In this document: positions 29,336-39,380 of the stretch, piece by piece
How the letters are laid out: each line of letters begins with the position of its first letter
Position numbering within the stretch: the stretch's first letter is position 1
NCBI GenBank assembly: GCA_040756315.1
Contig: JBFLZI010000003.1
Location: 1 to 56,232, forward strand
Origin: Thermodesulfobacteriota bacterium
Lineage (GTDB): Bacteria; Desulfobacterota; Desulfobaccia; Desulfobaccales; 0-14-0-80-60-11
Direction: 5' to 3'
DNA: 56,232 nucleotides
Program-made: the position numbers and the translations under genes
Notes under the pieces: model-generated
Database searches by the model: none
What the model saw: the letters and a program-made list of their open reading frames with translations, nothing else
What the model was told of the DNA's origin: nothing

Positions 29336-30148
29336 ATGGCGGTATTTCTGAAGAAATCCCTTAACTTTTTAAAAAATATCTATATTCATCGCCAGATGAT
29401 CCGGGTTATGGCCTTGCGGGAAATCCAGTCCCGCTATGCCGGGACCCTGATGGGCGTCTTCTGGTCCGTGATCCATCCCTTTTTGATGGCCCTGATCTAT
29501 GCCTTTGTTTTTTCCGTGGGATTAAAGATCCAGAGTCAGGGGCAGATACCTTTTGTGGTCCTGTTCTTCTGTCCCCTGGTGGCCTGGAATTTATTCGCCG
29601 ACACCTTGATAAACAGCGCCAACGCGGTTATCGCCAATCCCCATCTGGTCAAGAAAATGGTATTTCCGGTGGAGATACTGCCGGTGGTGAGCCTGACCTC
29701 CAGCCTGATGATCCACGGCATCTCCCTGGTGGTCCTGGGGGGGTTGATGGGCTTCTACGGGGTGGCCTTCTCCCTTTATAACCTGCAATTCCTGTATTAT
29801 GCCTTCGGCCTGGCCTTATTGGCCCTGGGCTTGGGGTGGCTGGTGGCCGCGGTCAACGTCTTTCACCGGGATCTGGGGCAGATCCTCAACATCCTGCTGC
29901 AAGCCTGGTTCTGGCTGACGCCCATCATTTGGAGTTTGGACATGGTGCCGGAAAAATACCGGGCGATTCTGAAATTAAACCCCCTGTCCTACATCGCCGA
30001 GGGCTATAAGTCCTCTTTTTTGTTCCGCCAACCCTTTTGGGAAGATTTCGGCTATGGCCTTTATTTTTGGGCTTTCATCTCCGTGGTGCTCTGCATCGGG
30101 GCGGTGGTGTTCATCCGCCTTAAGCCCGAATTCGCCGATGTGTTATAG
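29336..30148 (+). CDS. wzm: ABC-2 polysaccharide export permease
   Basis: REIQSRYAGTLMG.FW, LVKKMVFP, RDLGQI, WFWLTPIIW, LNPL and F.DVL motifs. Confidence 0.92.
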   Translation: MAVFLKKSLNFLKNIYIHRQMIRVMALREIQSRYAGTLMGVFWSVIHPFLMALIYAFVFSVGLKIQSQGQIPFVVLFFCPLVAWNLFADTLINSANAVIANPHLVKKMVFPVEILPVVSLTSSLMIHGISLVVLGGLMGFYGVAFSLYNLQFLYYAFGLALLALGLGWLVAAVNVFHRDLGQILNILLQAWFWLTPIIWSLDMVPEKYRAILKLNPLSYIAEGYKSSFLFRQPFWEDFGYGLYFWAFISVVLCIGAVVFIRLKPEFADVL

Positions 30149-30150
30149 AA

Positions 30151-31500
30151 ATGACTGACTCCCTGGCGGTGGCCGTCCAAAACGTTTCGAAGATGTATCG
30201 GCTCTTTGACTCTCCCCAACAGAGGCTGCTGGAGGCCCTTCACCCCTTGCGCCGGAAATACCATCGGGAGTTCTGGGCCTTGCGGGACATTAGTTTTGAG
30301 GTGCCCCAGGGCGCGACTCTGGGGATCATCGGCCGCAACGGCAGCGGCAAATCCACCCTGCTGCAAATAATCTGCTCGGTGCTGTCCCCTACCCTGGGAA
30401 CGGTGGAAGTGCATGGCAAGACGGCGGCGATCCTGGAGCTGGGCATAGGTTTTCATCCGGAATTCACCGGACGGGAAAATGTGCTCATGACCAGCTATCT
30501 CCAGGGGTATGCTAAAAAGGAAATGCTGGGCCGCCTGGCTTTGGTGGAGGAATTTGCCGATATCGGCGAGTTTATTGACCAACCGGTTAAGACCTATTCT
30601 TCAGGCATGGTTATGCGCTTGGCCTTTGCCGCGGCCATTAATGTGGAACCCGATGTGCTGGTCATCGATGAGGCCTTGGCGGTGGGAGATGCAAAGTTCC
30701 AATATAAATGCTACAAAAAAATAATGGAATTACGCCGGGAAGGAAAGACTATTATCCTGGTTACCCATGATATCAACGCTATCCTCAGGCATTGCAGCCA
30801 GGCCATGTGGCTTAACGACGGCAGGATTGTTCAGATGGGCGATCCCAGGGAAGTGGCCGATCGATATCATAGGTTTATTGTTACCGGAATAATTGATTCT
30901 GACTTGTATGAACCCTCAATGAATGAGGCTGCCAATTACAGAGATAACCTTTCATTACTTGCTGCAACGAATGCTAGAAGCCCTTTAGAGGAATTTCTCG
31001 AAGACACGCCCGATGAGGATCGGTGTCCAAAAAGAAACAATTATAATCCGAATGAGTATCGCTTCGGAGAGAGGCAGGCCGAAATCATCGACTATCTTAT
31101 CATCTGCGGCGATCAATACGATCCCGCCGTAATTCGCTCCGGTGAGCGGATTGACATTTATCTTAAGGTTCTGAGCCACCAGCCTTGCCTGTCACCTACG
31201 TATGGCTTCTCATTGCATACTAAAGACGGATTAATGGTTTATGGGGATAATACCTGGTTAAAGAAGGTTCAACTTAAACCTACCAAGCAAGGAGAGATGA
31301 CCGTCTATCGTCTTTCTCTAGAGATGAAGTTGGCCGGTGGGGATTACTTCATAAGCCAGGGGATTACGGAAAAAACCGCGGATGACTATCGTCCGCTGGA
31401 TATCCGCAATGGCTTGATCCACCTCTTTGTCCAGCAGAATATACCCTTCTCGGGTATAGTAAATATTGAGAGTAAAGTGGAGGAAATTTCTGTAAATTAA
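30151..31500 (+). CDS. wzt: Polysaccharide ABC transporter ATPase with C-terminal Wzt_C carbohydrate-binding domain
   Basis: GRNGSGKST, YSSGM, IDEALAVGDAKF and VTH motifs; ~190 aa C-terminal extension (RFG...AEI, L..G.YF). Confidence 0.92.
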   Translation: MTDSLAVAVQNVSKMYRLFDSPQQRLLEALHPLRRKYHREFWALRDISFEVPQGATLGIIGRNGSGKSTLLQIICSVLSPTLGTVEVHGKTAAILELGIGFHPEFTGRENVLMTSYLQGYAKKEMLGRLALVEEFADIGEFIDQPVKTYSSGMVMRLAFAAAINVEPDVLVIDEALAVGDAKFQYKCYKKIMELRREGKTIILVTHDINAILRHCSQAMWLNDGRIVQMGDPREVADRYHRFIVTGIIDSDLYEPSMNEAANYRDNLSLLAATNARSPLEEFLEDTPDEDRCPKRNNYNPNEYRFGERQAEIIDYLIICGDQYDPAVIRSGERIDIYLKVLSHQPCLSPTYGFSLHTKDGLMVYGDNTWLKKVQLKPTKQGEMTVYRLSLEMKLAGGDYFISQGITEKTADDYRPLDIRNGLIHLFVQQNIPFSGIVNIESKVEEISVN

Positions 31501-31551
31501 TTAACCATAATCGCCGGGCGATTTAATCGTCAACAACTTTTCTAAGACGCA

Positions 31552-34215
31552 ATGGCGGAACCGATAACTTACAGGATTGACTGGAATAATTTTTTTAGAA
31601 GCGGTGAGAGAAACTCGCCGGTGAAAGCTTATCGTCTGCGGTTCAGCCCTTTCCGCTGTTTTGCCTATGACGCGGGGCTGGAAGATCTGGCTTGCCTGAG
31701 AGCATTGCGTGACTTCTTAATGACCCAATCCGCTCCTCTGGCTCTGTACCAAGGCGGCAGATTTTTCGATTATTTCCTGGATAACCTGCCGGAAATAGTC
31801 CCCTTAGTCAAATATATCATTGTTGATGACCCGGCCGGGAAGGGTAAGATAAAAGACATCCCGATTATTTCACCCCGAGAGATACCCCATAATAACTATG
31901 TAATTTTTCTCTGTGAGACTGAAGCATTTCCGTTGCAACGCATGGAAAAGCAGGTCGCTTCTCTTGGGACGGTCATAACCCCCCGTATTCTCCCGGAAAT
32001 CGCTGGGGCGGCGATCCCTTTGCGGGCCTGGATCCCGGCCTATCACACCATCTACCCCCTGGAGATTCCGGAGGTGGAGATCTTTCCTGACCAGGACCTG
32101 GTTATCTTAAATTGCCCCGCCCTGGAGGGGGACTTCCTGCCCATCGGTCTGGGTTATCTGGCCAATGCCTTGAAAAGAGCCGGTGTCCATTATCAAATTC
32201 TGGACCTGAATATCCTGGCCTACCATCGCTACCATACCCACCGACTGCTTGACGGACCGGCCCGGATTGTCGCGCCCAATGGCAGCATAATGCCCCCAGA
32301 CCCTTGGCGCAACGATTCGGTCCTGATCTGGCAAGATCAAAGCCGGGTGCAATATTTTTCCCCCCTGTTGCAGGAAACGATAAGAGCTCTGATCAAGGCT
32401 AAACCGAAGATTCTGGGGTTGTCCGTGCAAGAATGCAACATAACTTTTTGTCGGGAGATTGCCCAAGCGGTTAGACAAGAGTTACCGGACACCATCATTT
32501 TGGCCGGGGGTTATTCTTGTTATTATCCCGAGATCGGCAGGAGCCTGTTCCCGGATTATGACTATATGGTCATTGGGGAAGCCGATCTGACGGTAGGTCC
32601 CCTGGTCCAAAGGCTCTTGGCCGGTGAGCGACCGGCAAATTTACCGGGGATATTGTCCAGAGATGATTCCCCCTCTCAAGAGTATGTTCCCGGACCCAGG
32701 CCGGAAGATTTGGACGCTTTAGGCAGCCCCGATTATGACTGGACCGCCTGGGAGCTTTACAGACATTACAACCACTATCAATGCCTTCCCGTAATCGCCA
32801 GCCGGGGCTGCAAATGGTCCCGGTGTAAGTTTTGCAATGAGAGATTCCCCTGGCGCAGCCGTACCCCGAAAAATTTCGTAGATGAATTAGAATGGTTATT
32901 AAATAAGGGTGGCGACCTTTTCATGTTCTACGAAAGTGACATGAATGGAGATCCGGAGATCCTGGAGGCCATCTGTGATGAGATCATTAAGCGCAACTTG
33001 GTGGTAAGGCTGGTGGGCCAACTGAGAATAAACAAGAGAAACACCAGGGATTTCTTTGAGAAACTTCGCCGGGCCGGATTCAAAGCCCTGCGCTTTGGGG
33101 TGGATGGTTGGTCCCCCCATACTCTCAGGCTCATGAATAAGGGCTATACGATAAGAACCATCGAAGAGAATCTCCGGAATTCTTTTGCCGCCGGGTTGCC
33201 GGCAGAGATCAACGTGGTCATTGGGGTGCCCGGGGAAACGGAAGCAGATGTGGCTGAAACCATCGAGATCATCAAGGCCAACAAACCCTATATCTGGCGC
33301 CTGGGCAACGTCAACCCCATAATGCTCCTCCACGGCAGTGTCTTTTGGCAGGAACCGGAAAAGTACGGCATTAAATTTGTGGGTAATAAAGAGGAATTGT
33401 ATCGCCGCTTCCCCCTGGCTATCCCCGCCGACCTCTGGTACAGCGTTGACCCGTTGATCGATCACCACCTTAGAAGTGAGCGCTTCTTGCGCCTGGTAAG
33501 AGAGTTGCGCGAATACGGCTTTGAAATTGGCGAGATGGTGGAATATATTGAACATTTAGCTTCAGGGCAACGCTATGGAGGTAATTACCAACTGGCGCTT
33601 TTCGGTCATTCCCAGAAAGAACACCTGAGTGAGGCGGAATCAGCCGGGTCCCCTTTCAGTAAACCGGAGGATTGGGACTGGGGGGACACTAAGATAGGGC
33701 AAGAACCCGAGGGGGGAATCTCCTTGGTTTTCCAGGCCCAAGGGGAGTCTTACGGCCTTCCTGCCGGTGAAGTCAAGAGACTTGCCCATCTGCTTTACCG
33801 CAATGGGCCGAAGGAAATATGGCCGGTGCTGGCCAAGGGAATGATTGGCAAGCTAGCTCATCCCCAGCTCTTGTATCGTTATTTAGAGCAAGGGATCACG
33901 CTATTAAAAAGTTTTTGGCGAAATCGCGCCAGAGAATCAGGAAAATCCGACTCACTGCCGGACCTGCTGGAGTTGATGTTGGAAAATAATTGGTTAAGGC
34001 TAAAGATCGATACTTCCGGCACTTCTTTCCATGTGGTGGCCGAGAGCTTTCAAGGATACAAGATATTTCAGTTATATCGGGACTTTTACGGCATCCGGCA
34101 GGGCATACCGTTTGACCTGGAGGCCTTGGAAGCCGGCAAGTCACCTCCCGGTACTTTTTTCCACGGCCAGACCTTGGCGGAAGTGACCGGCATGATCAAA
34201 AACCGGGTAAATTGA
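31552..34215 (+). CDS. Large cobalamin-dependent radical SAM protein (paralog of the rSAM part of 26483-29248)
   Basis: PIGLGYLA, ILAGGY, IGEAD, ASRGCKWSRCKFC, RFGVDGWS and VIGVPGETE motifs; extra N- and C-terminal domains. Confidence 0.87.
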   Translation: MAEPITYRIDWNNFFRSGERNSPVKAYRLRFSPFRCFAYDAGLEDLACLRALRDFLMTQSAPLALYQGGRFFDYFLDNLPEIVPLVKYIIVDDPAGKGKIKDIPIISPREIPHNNYVIFLCETEAFPLQRMEKQVASLGTVITPRILPEIAGAAIPLRAWIPAYHTIYPLEIPEVEIFPDQDLVILNCPALEGDFLPIGLGYLANALKRAGVHYQILDLNILAYHRYHTHRLLDGPARIVAPNGSIMPPDPWRNDSVLIWQDQSRVQYFSPLLQETIRALIKAKPKILGLSVQECNITFCREIAQAVRQELPDTIILAGGYSCYYPEIGRSLFPDYDYMVIGEADLTVGPLVQRLLAGERPANLPGILSRDDSPSQEYVPGPRPEDLDALGSPDYDWTAWELYRHYNHYQCLPVIASRGCKWSRCKFCNERFPWRSRTPKNFVDELEWLLNKGGDLFMFYESDMNGDPEILEAICDEIIKRNLVVRLVGQLRINKRNTRDFFEKLRRAGFKALRFGVDGWSPHTLRLMNKGYTIRTIEENLRNSFAAGLPAEINVVIGVPGETEADVAETIEIIKANKPYIWRLGNVNPIMLLHGSVFWQEPEKYGIKFVGNKEELYRRFPLAIPADLWYSVDPLIDHHLRSERFLRLVRELREYGFEIGEMVEYIEHLASGQRYGGNYQLALFGHSQKEHLSEAESAGSPFSKPEDWDWGDTKIGQEPEGGISLVFQAQGESYGLPAGEVKRLAHLLYRNGPKEIWPVLAKGMIGKLAHPQLLYRYLEQGITLLKSFWRNRARESGKSDSLPDLLELMLENNWLRLKIDTSGTSFHVVAESFQGYKIFQLYRDFYGIRQGIPFDLEALEAGKSPPGTFFHGQTLAEVTGMIKNRVN

Positions 34216-34261
34216 CGGCAAATTTTCAGCGCCATAATAAGAACCAGCAGACGGAGCTAAG

Positions 34262-35644
34262 ATGAACCTTGCCGAGCTTGAGCAACGTCTCCAGGAATTG
34301 GGGCCCTGGAATTTTCTCCTGGAGATGCAGCCAGGGGTCTTCACCATCCCCAGGATGCACTGGAAAGGACTGTGGCACAACATCGTGGTCCAGGACTATA
34401 TTGCCAAGACCTTGCCCCCCCTGCTCACCCGGTTTAGCGCGGCCCCGCCCGCCGAGACCAGCGTCATCGACATCGGCTGCAACGAAGGTTGGCTGTCCTG
34501 GCTGCTCTTCCGGTTGGGTTATCAAAGAATCCTGGGAATCGACAGCCATCCCGCCAATATTAACAAGGCCCTTTTCTTAAAAGACTATTACCGCATGACC
34601 AACGTGGACTTCCTCTGCGCCGATATCAACACCTTCAGACCGGAGGAGCAATTCGACCTGGCCCTGATGCTGGGAGTGATCAACCATATCCATAATCCCG
34701 TGGGCGTTTTAGAAAATATCCATGCCTGCACCCGGGGGTATCTGTTCCTGGATTTTGACGCCCTTTGTGCGGATTATATCGAGACCTCGCCGGAACCGAA
34801 ATTTGACACCGGCTTGTCATCGGTTTACGGCAATATGCGCTGTTATTTCGAGCGCTCCCACCAGATGACCAGCACCACCGACAACCACCTGGTGTTTCAG
34901 TATTCCCCCCGGGCCGTGTTAATGATGCTGAATTTCGCCGGGTTCTCCGAAGTGGTTCGGGTCCTGCCCCGGGTGGCCCTGCCGCCCCACTATAAGAACG
35001 ACAAGAGAGTCTTTTTTATTGCCCGGAAAAGCGACACCCCGGATTTCCTGGAAAGCGAGATCCTGCTGGACCGGGACTATGCGGAGTCCTTCGCCCAGCT
35101 GCCCGACGCGCTCCCGACCCTGATGGAAGAAGGCTACCGGGGGTTCAATCTGATCGGCTATGGGAACTTTCACTACGGCATCCCCCAGGGCGAGATGGAG
35201 GACTTTGACATCCTGGCCGTGGTGAACAATAAGAGATATGCCTGCGCCAAGACCTTGGCCCGGGTAAAACAGGTAATCGACCGGCACCTGTCCCCAGGCG
35301 GCATGGGTTGGCTCTCCCGGCAGAAAGACCTGGGTGACGATGCGGATCGGGACCTGGCGAAACTGGAGGTGGCCCGGGACCTGATCCGGCAGTCCCGGCT
35401 GGCCGAGGCCAGGGGTCTGTTGACGGAGGTCCTGGAAAGACCCGGCCGGCCGGGGTCTGACCAAGCGCCGTCGATCTATTACGAACTGGGCCGCATCGCC
35501 GGGAAGGAAGGCAAACTGGAGGAAGCCCGGAAATATTGGGAGAAATGTCTGGCCCTGGACCCGGATTTTCACCGGGCCAAAGGGCAATTGGCCCGACTGG
35601 CCGGTCCGCCCCCGGCGCTGGGATGCCACACCCTCTTCGATTAG
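34262..35644 (+). CDS. Class I methyltransferase (CmoB/DUF1698-like) with C-terminal TPR
   Basis: VIDIGCNEGW, LGID, FDLALMLGVINH..NP motifs; TPR-like YELGRIA..EG..EEA..YWEKCLALDP. Confidence 0.75.
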   Translation: MNLAELEQRLQELGPWNFLLEMQPGVFTIPRMHWKGLWHNIVVQDYIAKTLPPLLTRFSAAPPAETSVIDIGCNEGWLSWLLFRLGYQRILGIDSHPANINKALFLKDYYRMTNVDFLCADINTFRPEEQFDLALMLGVINHIHNPVGVLENIHACTRGYLFLDFDALCADYIETSPEPKFDTGLSSVYGNMRCYFERSHQMTSTTDNHLVFQYSPRAVLMMLNFAGFSEVVRVLPRVALPPHYKNDKRVFFIARKSDTPDFLESEILLDRDYAESFAQLPDALPTLMEEGYRGFNLIGYGNFHYGIPQGEMEDFDILAVVNNKRYACAKTLARVKQVIDRHLSPGGMGWLSRQKDLGDDADRDLAKLEVARDLIRQSRLAEARGLLTEVLERPGRPGSDQAPSIYYELGRIAGKEGKLEEARKYWEKCLALDPDFHRAKGQLARLAGPPPALGCHTLFD

Positions 35645-35669
35645 CTGATCCGCCAGAGTTCAGAAAATC

Positions 35670-37766
35670 ATGGCTAAAGTCGCGCTGATCTGCATGTATG
35701 ACAACTGGGCCTTGGGTCTCCGGACCATGGCCAACGCGCTTAAGTCCCACGGTCATGAGGTGAGCATCATTCATTTTAAGATGCCCTCGGTGGAGAAGCG
35801 GGACTTTTTTATGAGACATCCGTTGAATTATGAGAATTTGAACACCCAGGAATCCCGTTCCGAAGTGATCATCAATTCTTATAATATTGACGTCAATATG
35901 TGGACCAAGAATGAAATTCTACTCTTAGGGGATTTATTGGAGGACCTGCAACCTGACCTGATCGGCCTATCCACCCGAAGTGTCTATGAAGAATTCATGT
36001 CTCAGGTCTTGGAGCAGATGCAGAGAATTACCGGGGCGATAACCCTGGCCGGCGGACATGACGCCACCTTCAGACCGGAACTCTACCTTGATTTAATGGA
36101 CTTCGTCTGTCAGGGGGAGGGCGAAGCCGCCTTGTTGCACCTGGCCCGGGTGGTTGATCAGGGCGGGGAGAAGAAGAGCATCAATAATCTGGTTTATAAA
36201 GAGAACGGCAAATTAGTGTACAATCCCTTGGCCCCTCCCGTTGACTCCCAGGATTATTTTTTCGGGGAGGAGATGGACCAGGTTGCCCATTACGTGATAG
36301 AAGAGAATGCCTGCCGCCGCACGGATTTTCTCCTGAGAGATGTAAGTTTCTCTCCCTATACCAACGACGTGGACTATTACACCATGGCGGGGCGAGGCTG
36401 CCCGGGAAAGTGCACCTTCTGTTCCGCCGGCCAATTTCAGTGGCTCTATAATGAAGAAAAGGTCTTAGTAAAGGCCCGGCGGAACCGGCCCCTCAAAAAT
36501 ATTCTGGCAGAGTTGAAATTCGCCCGAGAGAAGGGGTTTCGCAAAATTTTCTTCATGGACTCCTTCCTCCTGGCCGAGCGGCGGTATCTCCTGGAATTTT
36601 TCGAGGCCTACCGGCAGGAAATCGGTATGCCTTTCTTCGCCCAACTCTATCCGGAGCAAGTCCTGGCCTGCCCGGAAATTTTGACCGCGGCCTGCCGGGC
36701 CGGCATGGTGCACACCGTGGTCGGGCTCCAGGGCGGCAGCGACCGGATCAACCGGGATGTTTTCCGCCGCAAGACCTCCCTGGCCAAGCTCCGGGAGTTT
36801 GCCGAGATGCTGACGGGGCAGGAAAACCTGGAGGTGGATTACCACCTCATTACTCATAATCCCTTTGAGACCGACGGCGACGTCCAGGAAACCCTGGAGC
36901 TGCTCCGGCAGTTGCCCAAGCGGGGCACCCATCTGGTGCTCCAAAGGCTCCGTCCCTTTCCCAACACCGCCATTGACCGGCTCATACCCGAGGTGCCGTT
37001 CCCGGAGTCCCGGCAAGACACCCATGACCGGCGGTTTCTCCTCTATTTGCTGAGATACGTGGCTGCGGATACTGAGTTCGACAGACTTTGGTCCCGGTTT
37101 GACGAACTCAGTTTTGACGATCTGAAGCGGGCTTATAAAGATCTCCGGAGCAGTTATCGGGACAGCACCGGCTGGGCCGACCAGGGATGGAAGCTTTATC
37201 ATGACCGGGACTTTAGCGGGGCCATCGCCGCCTTTCAGCGCGCCCTTAACCTCGACTCCCAGGTTTGGCGCGCCCTGGAAGGCCTGGGGTGGGCTTATTT
37301 TCAGAAACACCAGTACCGTCGGGCGGAGAAATACTTTTCCGACACCCTCAAGGGGTTACCTGCTTATGAGAAAAATGCCTGGCAGGAGACTCTGCGGGGC
37401 TTGGGCTGGACTTTATACCATCGAGGGAGATATGCCAAGGCCGTGGCTTGCTTTAACCAGGCCCTGGAGCATACCGATTTTTTGGCCAGACCCATCTTAA
37501 AGGAATTGTACACCGGGATGGGTTGGGCTAACTGCCGATTGGGCCGGTGGGCGGAAGCGAAAGCGGCCCTCTCCCGAGCCGGGGAATATTCGGCGGAAGA
37601 GGACCAGGCCCTGGCGGACAAATTAGCTTACGTTGAGAAGAATCTTCATCGGGCCCGAAGTAACCCCGGGAACCCCGGTCCCAACCGAGAGGGGAAATTC
37701 GGTAACTGGCTGGCCCTGGCCAAGTCGAGATGTCTCAGATTCATCAAGGTCATAAAATTTTCTTGA
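35670..37766 (+). CDS. Cobalamin-dependent radical SAM protein with C-terminal TPR repeats
   Basis: LGLRTMA, LAGGHDAT, GEGE and GRGCPGKCTFC motifs; four TPR-like units (GWK.Y, GLGWAYF, GLGWTLY, GMGWAN). Confidence 0.87.
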   Translation: MAKVALICMYDNWALGLRTMANALKSHGHEVSIIHFKMPSVEKRDFFMRHPLNYENLNTQESRSEVIINSYNIDVNMWTKNEILLLGDLLEDLQPDLIGLSTRSVYEEFMSQVLEQMQRITGAITLAGGHDATFRPELYLDLMDFVCQGEGEAALLHLARVVDQGGEKKSINNLVYKENGKLVYNPLAPPVDSQDYFFGEEMDQVAHYVIEENACRRTDFLLRDVSFSPYTNDVDYYTMAGRGCPGKCTFCSAGQFQWLYNEEKVLVKARRNRPLKNILAELKFAREKGFRKIFFMDSFLLAERRYLLEFFEAYRQEIGMPFFAQLYPEQVLACPEILTAACRAGMVHTVVGLQGGSDRINRDVFRRKTSLAKLREFAEMLTGQENLEVDYHLITHNPFETDGDVQETLELLRQLPKRGTHLVLQRLRPFPNTAIDRLIPEVPFPESRQDTHDRRFLLYLLRYVAADTEFDRLWSRFDELSFDDLKRAYKDLRSSYRDSTGWADQGWKLYHDRDFSGAIAAFQRALNLDSQVWRALEGLGWAYFQKHQYRRAEKYFSDTLKGLPAYEKNAWQETLRGLGWTLYHRGRYAKAVACFNQALEHTDFLARPILKELYTGMGWANCRLGRWAEAKAALSRAGEYSAEEDQALADKLAYVEKNLHRARSNPGNPGPNREGKFGNWLALAKSRCLRFIKVIKFS

Positions 37767-37988
37767 TTGGATAAATTGCCTAACCGCCACCACTAGAACA
37801 ATCTCCCGGTATTCAGGGGGCGTCCCCCTTTTTTTTAGCCGTCGCCGAGGCCCTTCTCGGACCGCCGGATAACCCCGGGGTTGGGAAGAACCCGGATCGG
37901 GCTGAGCCGTCAGGCTTGGTAAAGGCAAGATAATTTCAGGTAATCTCTTACCGAAGGCGGAATTTCGGGTACCTTAATGAACTAGAGC

Positions 37989-39143
37989 ATGAAATGGCCT
38001 AAGGAATTACTGTTAAGTTTTGCTCTGTTAATCGGCAGCCTGATCTTCCTCTTGGGGTTAATCGAGTTAGGTTGCCGGACCTATCTCTATTTCAAGCCGG
38101 CGCCGCCCGTATTATCCCGTTGGGAATTCCGGGCTACCGGTCCCCCTCCCTACCGGAACGCCGACTACTTCAACCGGGATTTCCTCAATGAATCTATGCG
38201 GTCCGTGGACGTTTACCGGCCCCCGGGAAAAGGCTATATTCTGTTCAAGGATTTCCAGGGCAAATATTTTAATATCACGGACGGCCGGCGCCGGACCACC
38301 GGCCAACCCGAAGATTTCCAACATCGAGTGCTGCTTTTCGGCGGGTCCGCCATGTTTGGCCAGGAAGTGCCGGACGGGCACACCATTGCCAGTTATTTGC
38401 AACAGATACTCAATGAACGGCTGGGTACCCGTTATAAGGTGGAGAATTATGGAACGGTGGCCATGAACGCGGCCCAACAAACGGAAAGGCTGTTAAACAC
38501 GCCCGTCCACCCCGGCGATATAGTTATTTTCTATGACGGGGTCAACGACGCTTACTATTCGTTGGCTATGGCCTATATCGACGGTTGGCGCCCCGGCCTG
38601 GAACATTTCCAGGTGAAAAGGTTAAATTGGTGGCAGAGACGCTTACACGAGTGGCATCTGCGCTACCAAAAGAACAGCGCCGCGGTGCGGCTCCTCTTTG
38701 ATATTTACGACCGCCGCCCGCCGGCAACTTTGGTGGATAAAGCCATCCTGGAACAAAATCTGGATAAAATGGCGGAAAAGTATCGGCAGTCATTAATCGA
38801 CGCGCAGCAATATGTCAGCAGCCGGGGGGGTAAATTTTACCATTTCCTGCAACCCAACCTTATCGCCGCGGGAGAACAGACGCCCTACGAAAGAGAATTA
38901 AGCCAAAACTATTTGGACAACCCTCCCGGGTTAGATTTATCTATAAAAATAGGCTATCCCGGATTAAGGAAGGCCAACAAGCTGGCTGAGGCGGAGGGGG
39001 TAAAATCTTTCGACCTGACGCAGGCCCTGGAAAAACGCCAGCCCGGAGAGGAATTTTATCTGGATCTCTGTCATATCAATCATGCCGGCAATAAGCGTAT
39101 CGCCCAAGCGATATTTGATCTGGTCTTCTCCAAAGGAAATTAA
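37989..39143 (+). CDS. Membrane-anchored SGNH/GDSL hydrolase-fold protein
   Basis: N-terminal TM (LIELGCR); VLLFGGSAMFG, VENYG, FYDGVND, LQP and YLDLCH.N..GN blocks. Confidence 0.78.
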   Translation: MKWPKELLLSFALLIGSLIFLLGLIELGCRTYLYFKPAPPVLSRWEFRATGPPPYRNADYFNRDFLNESMRSVDVYRPPGKGYILFKDFQGKYFNITDGRRRTTGQPEDFQHRVLLFGGSAMFGQEVPDGHTIASYLQQILNERLGTRYKVENYGTVAMNAAQQTERLLNTPVHPGDIVIFYDGVNDAYYSLAMAYIDGWRPGLEHFQVKRLNWWQRRLHEWHLRYQKNSAAVRLLFDIYDRRPPATLVDKAILEQNLDKMAEKYRQSLIDAQQYVSSRGGKFYHFLQPNLIAAGEQTPYERELSQNYLDNPPGLDLSIKIGYPGLRKANKLAEAEGVKSFDLTQALEKRQPGEEFYLDLCHINHAGNKRIAQAIFDLVFSKGN

Positions 39144-39158
39144 TAATTGACTAAAACC

Positions 39159-39188
39159 TTGCTTCCGCCGGGGCTTAGGGGTTACAAT
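39159..39188 (+). promoter_or_regulatory. Candidate sigma70 promoter for the 39381 gene (~185 nt 5' UTR)
   Basis: TTGCTT-N18-TACAAT. Confidence 0.45.
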
Positions 39189-39380
39189 GCCCACTTTCTC
39201 CGGCGCTCCTAAGCGCGATGGTTGTGGGTGTGAAGGGAGGCCAGGCGCCCGGGCGGTCTCGCCGGAGCTTTGGGAATTTCCGCCACCGGAAGAGGATTAT
39301 GACCAAGGAATCTCTTGGCGGCATAAAACTAGCCTCCTCTCAAGAGAAAGGAATCTAAGGGACCAGCGGTCCGGTCGGTT

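Noticed and set aside
39190-39380. Possible cobalamin riboswitch or 65 aa ORF in the long leader near B12-dependent genes
   Set aside because: I could not find the conserved B12-box and core motifs in the right order, and the ORF has no SD or recognisable features. An Rfam/Infernal scan would settle it.
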